A stretch of 64,000 bases of DNA. It comes from Thermoplasmatota archaeon (GTDB lineage: Archaea; Thermoplasmatota; E2; JACPAO01; JAHFTW01). Shown here piece by piece: positions 29,474 to 37,551 of this stretch. The first letter of the stretch is position 1. Each line of letters starts with the position of its first letter. The notes beneath the pieces were generated by a model. It ran no database searches, had not been told where the DNA came from, and was given only the letters and a program-made list of their open reading frames with translations. The DNA lies in NCBI GenBank assembly GCA_038046725.1, contig JBBSVQ010000001.1, positions 187,780 to 251,779 on the forward strand, read 5' to 3'. A program made the translations under genes and the position numbers.

Positions 29474-29493
29474 GTTGTAGCCGTGTTGTAGCC
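29474..29493. promoter_or_regulatory. Tandem direct 9-mers GTTGTAGCC (x2, 11-bp register) facing inverted copies inside repeat copy B
   Basis: GGTTGTAGCCGTGTTGTAGCC here. GGCTACAACCCGGCTCCAACC at 29545..29565 is the inverted partner. The same word starts the three 35-bp motifs at 37435, 38999 and 40061. Confidence 0.35.
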
Positions 29494-29543
29494 ACGGCCT
29501 AACGGACATACTAACGTACCCTGTCGTGGTTGTGAGTGCGGAT

Positions 29544-29649
29544 GGCTACAACCCGGCTCCAACCGCTACACTGGTCCGCGGCCGATTGGGTCGTGTTGGG
29601 GGCAAGGACTAGCTAACCTCGCAGCAGGCTTGGGCGTAATGCCGTACAG
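29544..29649. repeat. Copy B of the ~106-bp dispersed repeat
   Basis: The 64-nt block is about 95% identical to copy A. The 25-nt middle differs, and the 17-nt 3' block GGCGTAATGCCGTACAG is conserved. Confidence 0.6.
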
Positions 29650-29735
29650 TTGAGCTCATTGGCGTCATTCCACCCGAAAAAGTCTGCTTTGCACAACCGA
29701 CCAGTTGACGCCCAAAGCCAGAACCCCCAAGTCGG

Positions 29736-30254
29736 CTAGGGTCCCCGCATGCCGTCCGCGCCTTCGACCAAACGGTCAATCATGCGGTCCATGATGCTGC
29801 TCTGATACGTGATCGCCAATCGCATGACCGCGTCGCCATCGATGACGCGATAGACGGCCTCGCGACCTTCGCGACTGGCTTCAATCAGGCCGGCTTCGAC
29901 GAGATGCTGGAGATGATAGTTGGCGGTGCTGGACGCCAAATCCAGCCCCGCGAGAATCGCAGCCTTGGATTGTTGGCCATGCTCGATGAGCCAAGCGAGG
30001 ATGCGGCGCGGGATGGTTTGGCGCAAGAATGCGACCCGACGCTTGTCTTCTGCGTCCATCCGGGCCGGGAAGAACCGCTTGTTCCCGTCTTGGACGACGG
30101 TGACCAAGTTCGCAGCGACCAGTTGTTCGAGATGGTACTCCAAGGTACCCATGGAGCCGAAGACGCGTTGGAGCTCGCGCAAGTATTGGCCGGGGTGGCG
30201 CAACAGGTGCTGGTAGAGGTCCCGTCGGGCCTCCAGCGCCAAAGCTTCGCGCAC
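29736..30254 (-). CDS. ArsR-type regulator with two wHTH domains (paralogous architecture to 27830..28420)
   Basis: ...LYQHLLRHPGQYLRELQRVFGSMGTLEYHLEQLVAANLV... and ...RRILAWLIEHGQQSKAAILAGLDLASSTANYHLQHLVEAGLI.... Confidence 0.65.
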   Translation of the reverse strand: MREALALEARRDLYQHLLRHPGQYLRELQRVFGSMGTLEYHLEQLVAANLVTVVQDGNKRFFPARMDAEDKRRVAFLRQTIPRRILAWLIEHGQQSKAAILAGLDLASSTANYHLQHLVEAGLIEASREGREAVYRVIDGDAVMRLAITYQSSIMDRMIDRLVEGADGMRGP

Positions 30255-30255
30255 G

Positions 30256-30528
30256 TCAATCCCGCGTCATGCTCAGGAAGAACAGCAACAGGATCAGGCA
30301 GTCGGCGATGATTCCGATGGTCTCGAACAAGTCGTTTTGCTCTGGGAAGATGAGTTCGGTGCCGATGAAGAGGCTCTTCAGGAAGAACACGGCGAAGGCT
30401 GCCATGAAGAACATCAGCCTCTTCGTTCGGGCGCGCCGGTACGCCTGCGCCGAGAAGTAAAGCATCACGGCGGCAAACAGCGGGACGAGCAGACGGAAGA
30501 TGTCGTGCAGTTCGATGGGTTCAGCCAT
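30256..30528 (-). CDS. Small 3-TM membrane protein, upstream partner of the regulator
   Basis: Three TM helices. Its stop is 1 nt from the start of 29736..30254. Confidence 0.5.
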   Translation of the reverse strand: MAEPIELHDIFRLLVPLFAAVMLYFSAQAYRRARTKRLMFFMAAFAVFFLKSLFIGTELIFPEQNDLFETIGIIADCLILLLFFLSMTRD

Positions 30529-30699
30529 GGGTCATCCGGGAGATGGTTTGGCACTTGAAAACCCGGTCGATGTCACAACCGGACAACAGCAGGGCGAGAG
30601 TTGAAGCAATGATGAGAGGGACTGGGCGCATGGTTGGGACTCCGGTTTCAAGGGCGGAATGGGGAATCGAAAGGGAAGAGGGGGGAAAATGGCGACGAA

Positions 30700-31026
30700 T
30701 TACTCGTCCTTGGCGTCGTCTTCGTCGTCCGAGGCGTCGTTTTCACCGCAGTCGCTGTCGTCCTTGTCGTCGGAGTCGTCAGCGTCTTGGTGTCCTGGCT
30801 CGTTGGGGTCGGCGTCAGGGCCCTGGTCGGGGCCGTCTTCGGCTCCTTCAGCGGTCTCGGCGGCGTCCCCGGACTCGTCAGCGTCCTGGTGGCCGGCTTC
30901 GTTCGGATCCGCATCGATGCAGGCCGTGCCGCTGTCGCCGGTTGTCTGGGCGAAGACGGCGTATCCGCCGCCAACGACCAAACCGACCAGCAACATCAGG
31001 GCCGGCCAAGTGGTTCGTAGATTCAT
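30700..31026 (-). CDS. Small secreted highly acidic protein
   Basis: Signal peptide MNLRTTWPALMLLVGLVVGGGYAVFA, then a D/E-rich region (..DADESGDAAETAEGAEDGPDQGPDADPNEPGHQDADDSDDKDDSD..). Possible cation-binding. Confidence 0.45.
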   Translation of the reverse strand: MNLRTTWPALMLLVGLVVGGGYAVFAQTTGDSGTACIDADPNEAGHQDADESGDAAETAEGAEDGPDQGPDADPNEPGHQDADDSDDKDDSDCGENDASDDEDDAKDE

Positions 31027-31106
31027 GGGGTCACATCCCCGGCATGCCGGGTTGAAGGGGAATCCGTGGCCGTTGTATACTCCGTTTTCAGGACAGGGTT
31101 CGCCGA

Positions 31107-31440
31107 TTAGGACATGGGTCGCCGCGAGAGCCACCCCATGACTCCCCCGCAGGTTGTTGTTTGGCGCTTCTTGCCTTGCCGGTGTCCCGTGACCAGACCG
31201 TACTCCATGAGGCATGCAACGTCTTCGCTGACGTTCTTGGCGTCCCGCTTGAGGGCGGCGGTGAGTTGCTTGACGTTGGCTTCTCCGAGTTCCCGCAGGA
31301 CTTCCAAGATGTGCAGCCTGGTTCACGTCAGTTTGCTGAGGTCTGCCTCATCCAGGAGCAAGACGTCCTGCAGGTTGAACTCCAGCTTGAGTCGCTTCGG
31401 GTCTTCCTCGAAGAGCTTGCAAGGCTGCCGTTGTCATCGG
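31107..31440 (-). pseudogene. Degenerate partial duplicate of the wHTH regulator gene 36675..37109
   Basis: About 85% nucleotide identity to 36721..37000 over roughly 280 bp. A frameshift and substitutions break the frame; only a 66-aa ORF (MEVLRELGEANVKQLTAALKRDAKNVSEDVACLMEYGLVTGH...) survives. Confidence 0.55.
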
Positions 31441-32086
31441 AGGCATGGTGGTCCATCGGGACCTCGGCGGACTCATGGTGCCCGGCGGCGCCCGCGCCCA
31501 GGCCCGGGAACACCTCGGCCGCGGCGAAACCGACGCCATACAAGGCCCCAGCCAAGGCCACGCCCAACAGGATGCTGACGACCATTCGCCCGACGGAAGG
31601 GCCGACTGCTCCCGTCCCTCGCGTGCTCAGGAGGGCACCTCCCAAGACAAGGGCCGTGACGAGCTCGGCGGCGTCCGTGATGAACCCGATGGCATCGATG
31701 CCTTCGGATTCACCGGTGAACGGGTTGCGGAAGCTTCGCGTCACCGCGTAGAGCGCGAGGGGGATGATGGCAAGGGCGATGCCGGATTCGCGGTACCAAC
31801 GGAAGGGCGTCCGCAAGGCCGCCACGGCCCACAAGGTCTGGGACGCGCCGATGGTCGCGAAGAACAGGCCGGTGCCCAGGGCCTCACTGAGATGCGACGG
31901 CGTCAGGACCAAGTGCAGGATGCCCGCCACGAGCTGGAACGCGATGGCAATCGTCAGCAGGACTGAAGGCCCCGTGGCGCGGGCGGTGGGTGCAGGGGCC
32001 GGCGGCTCCGGGGCAACCTTGGATGCGTCCAGGATGCGGCGCATGGAATCGGCCCGGGCCAGCGCTTTGTCAAGGTCGTCCGGCAA
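31328..32086 (-). CDS. Integral membrane protein (about 6 TM), C-terminus probably altered by the adjacent duplication
   Basis: TM-rich N-terminal 200 aa. The last ~35 codons (...DNGSLASSSRKTRSDSSWSSTCRTSCSWMRQTSAN) read through the pseudogene copy in a different frame. Confidence 0.5.
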   Translation of the reverse strand: MPDDLDKALARADSMRRILDASKVAPEPPAPAPTARATGPSVLLTIAIAFQLVAGILHLVLTPSHLSEALGTGLFFATIGASQTLWAVAALRTPFRWYRESGIALAIIPLALYAVTRSFRNPFTGESEGIDAIGFITDAAELVTALVLGGALLSTRGTGAVGPSVGRMVVSILLGVALAGALYGVGFAAAEVFPGLGAGAAGHHESAEVPMDHHASDDNGSLASSSRKTRSDSSWSSTCRTSCSWMRQTSAN

Positions 32087-32094
32087 GAGTCACC

Positions 32095-32202
32095 GTCAGT
32101 GCTTGTGGCCGTCGTCCGGGTGGTGCTTGTGAGCGTGCGCGTCCGCGGCCTTCTTGTCAGCGACTTTGGTCTTCTTGCCGAAGAGTTTGTCGAAAATGTC
32201 CA
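32095..32202 (-). CDS. His-rich micro-ORF (35 aa) 13 nt downstream of the ZIP transporter
   Basis: MDIFDKLFGKKTKVADKKAADAHAHKHHPDDGHKH. Not in the ORF track because it is under 60 aa. Same strand as the ZIP gene with a normal stop. Confidence 0.3.
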
Positions 32203-32214
32203 TGGTGTGACTCC

Positions 32215-33606
32215 CTAGACTTCAATGCCGACCATGGCCGGGATGAGGACGACGATCAAAGCGACGATGATGCCGACGCCGAAACCCAACCCGACTGGCA
32301 TGCGTTGCTCGCGGGCCCGCAGCTCCGGCAACAGTTCGGCCAGGGCGATGAAGATGAACGTGGCCGCAGCGAGGGCGACGAGGTGTCCCACCAGCTTCTC
32401 GCTGCCGACGAGGAAGATGCCGACCAGGCTGCCGACGGGCGTCAACGCGGCCATGATGGCGATGCCACCGAGGACCTTGCGGCGACGCCAGGCGGCGGCG
32501 AGGAAGACGCTGGCAGCTGCGATGCCATCGGGGAACTGGTGGATGAGCACGGCACTCGCCGCGGCGAAGCCGACCGCGCTGTCAAGCTCGAAGGCGGCCG
32601 GCAGGACGAGGCCGTCCACGAAGCGGTGGAAGCCGAGGGCGAAGAACGCGACCAAGGCCAAGCCGGCGGCATGGGTCGCGACGCGCTCGTGCCCGGCGGC
32701 GTCGTGCGCTTCCTCGTGGCCGTGCTCGTCCTCCGCGTCGTGCGCATCGTGCGGGTGGCCGGCATGGTCGTGGCCGTGGTCACCCGCGAAGTGACGCACC
32801 AGGAACAGGACGACTAGGCCGCCCACGATGGTGAACGGGGCAGCCTCATTGAGCTCGATGGCCTCCGGGATGAGGTCGAGGACCGCGATGGCCAGCAAGA
32901 GGCCCGCCGTGGCCCCGAGCAGGAAGTGGATGCGGCGCTGGGACACGGTCCGGCCGGCGATGGCCATGACGCCGGCCAGCAGCGTGATGGCGCCCGCCAA
33001 GACGGCGATGCCGAGGACCCAGGGCAGGCTGAGGCCGGACCCGGACGTCACGTCGCCGCCATCGTCGCCGCCAGGTCCGGGGGGCGCGGCAAGATTCGCT
33101 TGGATGGCGTGCAACCTGGTGGACGGCGAGCCGCACACGATGGAGACGGATTGCCCAAGCGGCGCAGGGCCCGTCTTGGTCAAGGTGACCGTGATCACGA
33201 CGGGGCCGGTCACGTTGTCCGCAGCCGGGACACTGAACGCCAGGGTGGCCGGGGAATCGACGGCCGTGCCGGCGCCGTACGCCTTGGAGGCCTGGGCCGG
33301 CGGCGCGGAGCCGATGGCCAGGGTCGCGGCCACGGTGAAACCCGTGCCCGGAGTGGCCCCTTGCGCGAAGGCGAGGCTGAGGAGCGCGGACTGCTCCGGC
33401 ACCGCGTACGTCCCGTTGAAGGGCGCGCCCTCGAACGTGCCCGTGACCGTGTTGGCTCCACCGGTCGCCAGGGTCAGGCAGTTGCTGGCCGAGCCAGGTT
33501 CAGCGGCCAGGCTTCCGTCGGCGCGCAGGTAGAGGTCTCCCGAACTGGCGGCGCTGGCCAGGGGCGCCAACAGCAGGAGCGCGAGCACGGCGGTTCGTCG
33601 GTTCAT
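32215..33606 (-). CDS. ZIP-family metal transporter fused to an N-terminal secreted domain
   Basis: Signal peptide MNRRTAVLALLLLAPLASAASS, then a ~200-aa Ala/Thr/Gly-rich extracytoplasmic domain. ZIP core with an intracellular His-rich loop (GDHGHDHAGHPHDAHDAEDEHGHEEAHDAAGHE) and ...HQFPDGIAAASV.... The upstream 238 codons of ORF 32215..34323 are Arg/His junk. Confidence 0.8.
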   Translation of the reverse strand: MNRRTAVLALLLLAPLASAASSGDLYLRADGSLAAEPGSASNCLTLATGGANTVTGTFEGAPFNGTYAVPEQSALLSLAFAQGATPGTGFTVAATLAIGSAPPAQASKAYGAGTAVDSPATLAFSVPAADNVTGPVVITVTLTKTGPAPLGQSVSIVCGSPSTRLHAIQANLAAPPGPGGDDGGDVTSGSGLSLPWVLGIAVLAGAITLLAGVMAIAGRTVSQRRIHFLLGATAGLLLAIAVLDLIPEAIELNEAAPFTIVGGLVVLFLVRHFAGDHGHDHAGHPHDAHDAEDEHGHEEAHDAAGHERVATHAAGLALVAFFALGFHRFVDGLVLPAAFELDSAVGFAAASAVLIHQFPDGIAAASVFLAAAWRRRKVLGGIAIMAALTPVGSLVGIFLVGSEKLVGHLVALAAATFIFIALAELLPELRAREQRMPVGLGFGVGIIVALIVVLIPAMVGIEV

Positions 33607-33611
33607 GGGGT

Positions 33612-34643
33612 TCACGTCGCCGGCCAACCGCAGCTTGCGGAGTCGCATTGGCCACTTGGGTCTTCCACTTGCACGGTGACGTGCCGGATCTTGTATGTGT
33701 CGCGCAAGTGGCGAGCGATGTTGATGCTGAGGTTGTCGTTCTCGCGGGGTCCCTTGAGGTTGATGTGGACCGTCAAGGCGTCGAGGCCGGTGCCGATGTG
33801 CCAGATGTGCAGGTCGTGGATGTCCCGCACGTTGGGCATGCCGCGCAGGTCGCGGGCAACCGCATCCGCGTCGACGCTGTCGGGCGTTCCCTGCATGAGG
33901 ATGTGAAGGGTCTCCCGCGTGAGCTTCCACGTGAACAGGAGGATGAGGATGGTGATGAAGATCGTCAGGATGGGGTCGGCGACGTGCCAGCCCTTGTAGT
34001 AGATGAGGACACCAGCGACCAAGGCAGCGGCGGAGCCAAGCACGTCCGACAGGATGTGCACGTACGCGGCGCGGACGTTGATGTTGTGGCCGGAGCCGGC
34101 ATGCAGGACGAAGGCCAACCCGATGTTCGTGACCAGCGTGAGTGCGCCGATGGCCATCACGACCGGACCATGGACCTCGGGAGGGTTGCTGATGCGGACG
34201 TAGGCTTCCCAGAGGAAATAGACGGAGATGCCCCACAGCACGAGGGCGTTGACGAAGGCCGCGATGACCTCGGCGCGTTGGTGCCCATAGGTCCGGCGCT
34301 TGTCGGCGGGTTTCAGGGCCCAAGACACGGCGAGGAACGCCAGGAGGACGGCGCCGACATCTGTGGCGTAATGGCCCGCGTCTGCCAGAAGGACCAAGGA
34401 ATTGGCCGCGAGGCCGCCGGCGATCTCGGCGACCATGACGAGTGTGCCGGCGAAGGCGACGAAGAGGAGGCGCTTGCGGTTCTTGACTGCCATCTCCTTC
34501 AATTCGGAGCCGTGGTCGTGTCCATCGTGGCCATGTCCGCCGCTTCCATGGTCGTGGCCCGAATGGTCGTGTCCGTCGTGGTCGTCGTGGTGCCCATGGT
34601 CCTCCGCATGCCCTTTGGCAGACGGCTGGGCCCCGCCTGCCAT
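33612..34643 (-). CDS. Cation diffusion facilitator (CzcD-like) with His-rich N-terminal tail
   Basis: N-tail ...HAEDHGHHDDHDGHDHSGHDHGSGGHGHDGHDHG.... Six TM with ...LLADAGHYATD... and ...HVHILSDVLGS..., plus the C-terminal cytoplasmic domain. Confidence 0.85.
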   Translation of the reverse strand: MAGGAQPSAKGHAEDHGHHDDHDGHDHSGHDHGSGGHGHDGHDHGSELKEMAVKNRKRLLFVAFAGTLVMVAEIAGGLAANSLVLLADAGHYATDVGAVLLAFLAVSWALKPADKRRTYGHQRAEVIAAFVNALVLWGISVYFLWEAYVRISNPPEVHGPVVMAIGALTLVTNIGLAFVLHAGSGHNINVRAAYVHILSDVLGSAAALVAGVLIYYKGWHVADPILTIFITILILLFTWKLTRETLHILMQGTPDSVDADAVARDLRGMPNVRDIHDLHIWHIGTGLDALTVHINLKGPRENDNLSINIARHLRDTYKIRHVTVQVEDPSGQCDSASCGWPAT

Positions 34644-34787
34644 CGGGAGCCCCGAGGCGCTGCGCGGGTTTGGCCGGGGGTTGCTACCGACGGTCTCTTC
34701 CACGTCTTCTGTCCAAGGCGCACAGGATATCAGGTGGCTGCTAAGCGGGCCGCCTTCTTTTCATAAGCCCTAGAGGCCGCCGTGGAA

Positions 34788-35162
34788 TCAGATGGGCGCT
34801 GGCGTGACGCGGACGCCGTCGATCTTGGTCAGAGCGTCCAGCAACTCGTGGATGCGCGGGCCGTCGCCGTGCAGGATCAGCGAGTCGACGCAGGTCCCTT
34901 CCAAGTGGTGGTGGAGACTGGTGCTGACGAGGTCGTCGAACTCGTGGGCCACGCGGTTGACCTCCTCTTGGCTGCGGTCGGCCTCGTACACCAAGGTGAG
35001 CGCCATGTGGACGTGGCCCTCGAATTTCATCTGGTGCATCGCGATGAAGTGCTGCAAGGCCGCGCGAACGGCGCTGGAGCGGCTGCCGAAGGCGAAGTGC
35101 TCGACGAGCTTGTCGAATTGCTTGAGTTCCTTGCCGGACAGCGAGACGGAGATGACGGTCAT
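34788..35162 (-). CDS. NikR-like metal-responsive regulator (RHH + ACT-like metal-binding domain)
   Basis: N-terminal RHH MTVISVSLSGKELKQFDKLVEHFAFGSRSSAVRAALQHF, C-terminal ...HVHMALTLVYEADRSQEEVNRVAHEFDDLVSTSLHHHLEGTCVDSLILHGDG.... The upstream part of the ORF is Arg-rich. Confidence 0.65.
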   Translation of the reverse strand: MTVISVSLSGKELKQFDKLVEHFAFGSRSSAVRAALQHFIAMHQMKFEGHVHMALTLVYEADRSQEEVNRVAHEFDDLVSTSLHHHLEGTCVDSLILHGDGPRIHELLDALTKIDGVRVTPAPI

Positions 35163-35221
35163 GGAGGTCGCGGGGCCGGCGTTTGCAGGGTCAAAGGAGT
35201 ACAGGGACTTGCCGGAGGCGG

Positions 35222-35638
35222 TCACCCCAACGGCTGGGGTGGGCCCTTGGCGAACCAGCGGGCGTAGTAGCGCTTCTTGCTCACCAGTTGCAGGATGCCC
35301 AGGATGACGATGGCGACGCCGATGCCGAGGTGGACGAGGACCGCGATTCCGGGCGGGAACAGGAAGTCGTGGATGGCGAGCAGGCTTCCGAGAAAGAAGG
35401 CGACGAAGCCAAAGACCAAAGGTGCCGAGCCTGACCGCCGGACCAAGGCCAACACTGCGACGACGATTCCGGCCACGGCCAGAATCGGTCCGCCGGCCCA
35501 TACGGCGATCTCCAGCGGATTGCTGACGGCGGCGAGGACGAAGGCGCCGAGCACGATGAGGACGACGCCGAAGCCGACCTCAATGGGCGCCATGGACCGG
35601 GTGGGCTTGGGCTGCTTGGAGCCTTTGGCGGTGGCCAT
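35222..35638 (-). CDS. Integral membrane protein (4 TM), hypothetical
   Basis: Four TM helices with normal composition. Confidence 0.45.
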   Translation of the reverse strand: MATAKGSKQPKPTRSMAPIEVGFGVVLIVLGAFVLAAVSNPLEIAVWAGGPILAVAGIVVAVLALVRRSGSAPLVFGFVAFFLGSLLAIHDFLFPPGIAVLVHLGIGVAIVILGILQLVSKKRYYARWFAKGPPQPLG

Positions 35639-35812
35639 CTGCGTGCTTCGAACTCCAGGCAACGCTTGAAGTGTGTCCTAAGAACGGGCTCGGTTCTTAG
35701 TAAGGTCAGCGGAACCCCGGGCTTCCAGGGCAAGGCAAGCCACCGCGGCGGCGAGGCCCACGATGGCCCAGAGCAGCGGACGCCAGTCCTTGCGGACATC
35801 TCGTGCTTGACG

Positions 35813-36460
35813 CTATTGGGATGGGCGCTCGTAGACGGCCACTTGCCAGAAGCCTGCGCGCTGGTGGTGCTGACGGATTAGTCCCGCCCGTTCGAGTTCC
35901 CCGTGGACCAGATTGTCAGGATGGATGCGCATGCGGAACGGGTTCCGGGTCACGACCAGGATGGAATTCATTCCGCGGGCCGCCAACCGAGTCCACCATC
36001 GGTCGCGCGGCCACACGAGACCCAAGCGGCCCTTCGCTCGCTCCGCGGCGCGGTGGAGCAACGCACTGGCGTCAGGATAGCAGCACACGACCCGGTCGAG
36101 CGTGACGAGGTCGGCGGACTCCACCTGGGAGGCCACGTCCACGAAATCGCCGTAGAGATACCGGGCCCGCTCCCCGTAGCCCCGGCGGTGTGCCTCCTTC
36201 TTGGCGACATCGAGGTAGGCTTGGCTGGCGTCGACGTCCGTGAGCCTCGTGGCCCCCCTTGTCGCGAGTTCGTGCTGCACGACGCCTACGCCGCCGCCAA
36301 TGTCGAGGACGGTTCTGGCAGCGAACCCTTCCGCGGTCACGGCGCCGACAAGTAGCCTCGTGGTCTTGATGGGGCCCCTCCGTTGGTAGCGCCGGAGTTC
36401 TCGGCGCGCCGTTCGCGAGGAGAAGATCTTCTCCGCGCCCTGACAGTGCGGGCAAACCAT
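35813..36460 (-). CDS. Class I SAM-dependent methyltransferase with N-terminal Cys-x2-Cys
   Basis: MVCPHCQG..., motif I ...VLDIGGGVGVV..., and the post-I acidic residue ...LTDVDAS.... Confidence 0.7.
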   Translation of the reverse strand: MVCPHCQGAEKIFSSRTARRELRRYQRRGPIKTTRLLVGAVTAEGFAARTVLDIGGGVGVVQHELATRGATRLTDVDASQAYLDVAKKEAHRRGYGERARYLYGDFVDVASQVESADLVTLDRVVCCYPDASALLHRAAERAKGRLGLVWPRDRWWTRLAARGMNSILVVTRNPFRMRIHPDNLVHGELERAGLIRQHHQRAGFWQVAVYERPSQ

Positions 36461-36674
36461 CGAGCGACATACACCGAGGCAGAGACATGAACGCGTCGGA
36501 CGCCCTACGTTCGGTCGACGCTCCACGTGCTTCGCATATGGATGCCCGAGTTGCGAGACCAAGGGCGTGGTCGTCCGGGGGCGGTGAGTGGCCCTGCTGC
36601 TCGGCCCGCCGGCATCCCCAACGTAACGGCACCTGCAGGGAGGTTCGATTTCGGGCGACCCCAGGGGAATGGCC

Positions 36675-37109
36675 TCAGACTGAGATTACGATCTGGTTGC
36701 CGGCGAGCTGGACGAGCTTCTCTTTGCCGTCCCGATGGCCGGTCACCAATCCGTACTCCATGAGGCAAGCGACGTCTTCGCTGACGTTCTTGGCGTCCCG
36801 TTTCAGGGCGGCCGTGAGTTGCTTGACGTTGACTTCGCCCAACTCGCGCAGAACCTCCAAGACATGGAGCCGGGTCCACGTCAGTTTGCTGAGGTCTGCC
36901 TCGTCGAGGAGCAAGACGTCCTGAAGGTGGAAGTCGAGCTTGAGGCGCTTCGGATCCTCCTCGAAGAGCTTGAGGTTGAACAAAGCGTCCTTGGCTTCCA
37001 TGTCGCCCTTCTTGGCAAGCTTCGCCACGGCCTCGCGGCTGCCGTACTTCGCCAGGATCTCGGTTCGCATCTCGAGTCCGGTCATTTGCCGCTTGATTCG
37101 GATTTCCAT
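36675..37109 (-). CDS. wHTH transcriptional regulator (intact parent of the 31107..31440 pseudogene)
   Basis: ...RLHVLEVLRELGEVNVKQLTAALKRDAKNVSEDVACLMEYGLVTGHRDGKEKLVQL.... The alternative start MTGLEM would remove the overlap with 37082..37360. Confidence 0.6.
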   Translation of the reverse strand: MEIRIKRQMTGLEMRTEILAKYGSREAVAKLAKKGDMEAKDALFNLKLFEEDPKRLKLDFHLQDVLLLDEADLSKLTWTRLHVLEVLRELGEVNVKQLTAALKRDAKNVSEDVACLMEYGLVTGHRDGKEKLVQLAGNQIVISV

Positions 37110-37360
37110 GTCTTGACCTCCTGTTTCAATTTCTCCAAGTTGAATGAGTTGTGCTTCGCGCGGTAGCGTCGCATGATGGCATCCGCCTCCGCTGCAGACC
37201 CGACACTAACATTGGGGCCGGCTCCGGGGTCACTTGGATGGTGCAGATGCGTGCCATGGTGATGCGCGTGATTGTAGCGGCAGATGCGGTAGTCAAAAGA
37301 AGGATCGAGGACGGACCATTCGCCGCCCTCGTTCTCCTGCCGCCGCAGCCGCCACTTCAC
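37082..37360 (-). CDS. Small K/R-rich-N-terminus protein, member of a three-gene paralogous family
   Basis: MKWRLRRQENEGG...SAAEADAIMRRYRAKHNSFNLEKLKQ aligns with ...GEATAEIRAWAKDYIARNKAMLDLM (39859..40011) and ...DEGAETRAWAKDHIERNRGRH (38809..38946). The 35-bp motif lies 75 bp upstream. Confidence 0.35.
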   Translation of the reverse strand: MKWRLRRQENEGGEWSVLDPSFDYRICRYNHAHHHGTHLHHPSDPGAGPNVSVGSAAEADAIMRRYRAKHNSFNLEKLKQEVKTWKSESSGK

Positions 37361-37434
37361 GATTGGTCGAATAGACCATGGGTTTTTGGGCTACTTAACG
37401 ATTGGTGTTAGACGCCAATTGATGCCGGAGCGGT

Positions 37435-37469
37435 GTTGTAGCCATCCGCTACCAGACCCCGCAGCAAGT
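37435..37469 (-). promoter_or_regulatory. Conserved 35-bp upstream motif, copy 1
   Basis: GTTGTAGCCATCCGCTACCAGACCCCGCAGCAAGT. It aligns without gaps with copies at 38999 and 40061. Confidence 0.4.
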
Positions 37470-37551
37470 CTGCTGGACCGGCCAACGGTGGAGAGTCGGC
37501 GTCGCGGCTAGAGCCGTTCCAGGGCCTTGTAGTTGGTCTGGAAGCTGGCGG

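Noticed and set aside
23639-29649. Repeat copies A and B as attL/attR of an integrated element or as tRNA fragments
   Set aside because: No integrase or recombinase gene lies between or near them. There is no tRNA-like T-arm or acceptor-stem signature. A third divergent copy lies outside the bracketed region. A dispersed repeat or sRNA family is more parsimonious.
32215-34323. The full 702-aa ORF covering the ZIP gene and the antisense of the CDF gene
   Set aside because: The upstream 238 codons are Arg/His/Pro junk antisense to the CDF gene. A genuine signal peptide and start are present at 33606.
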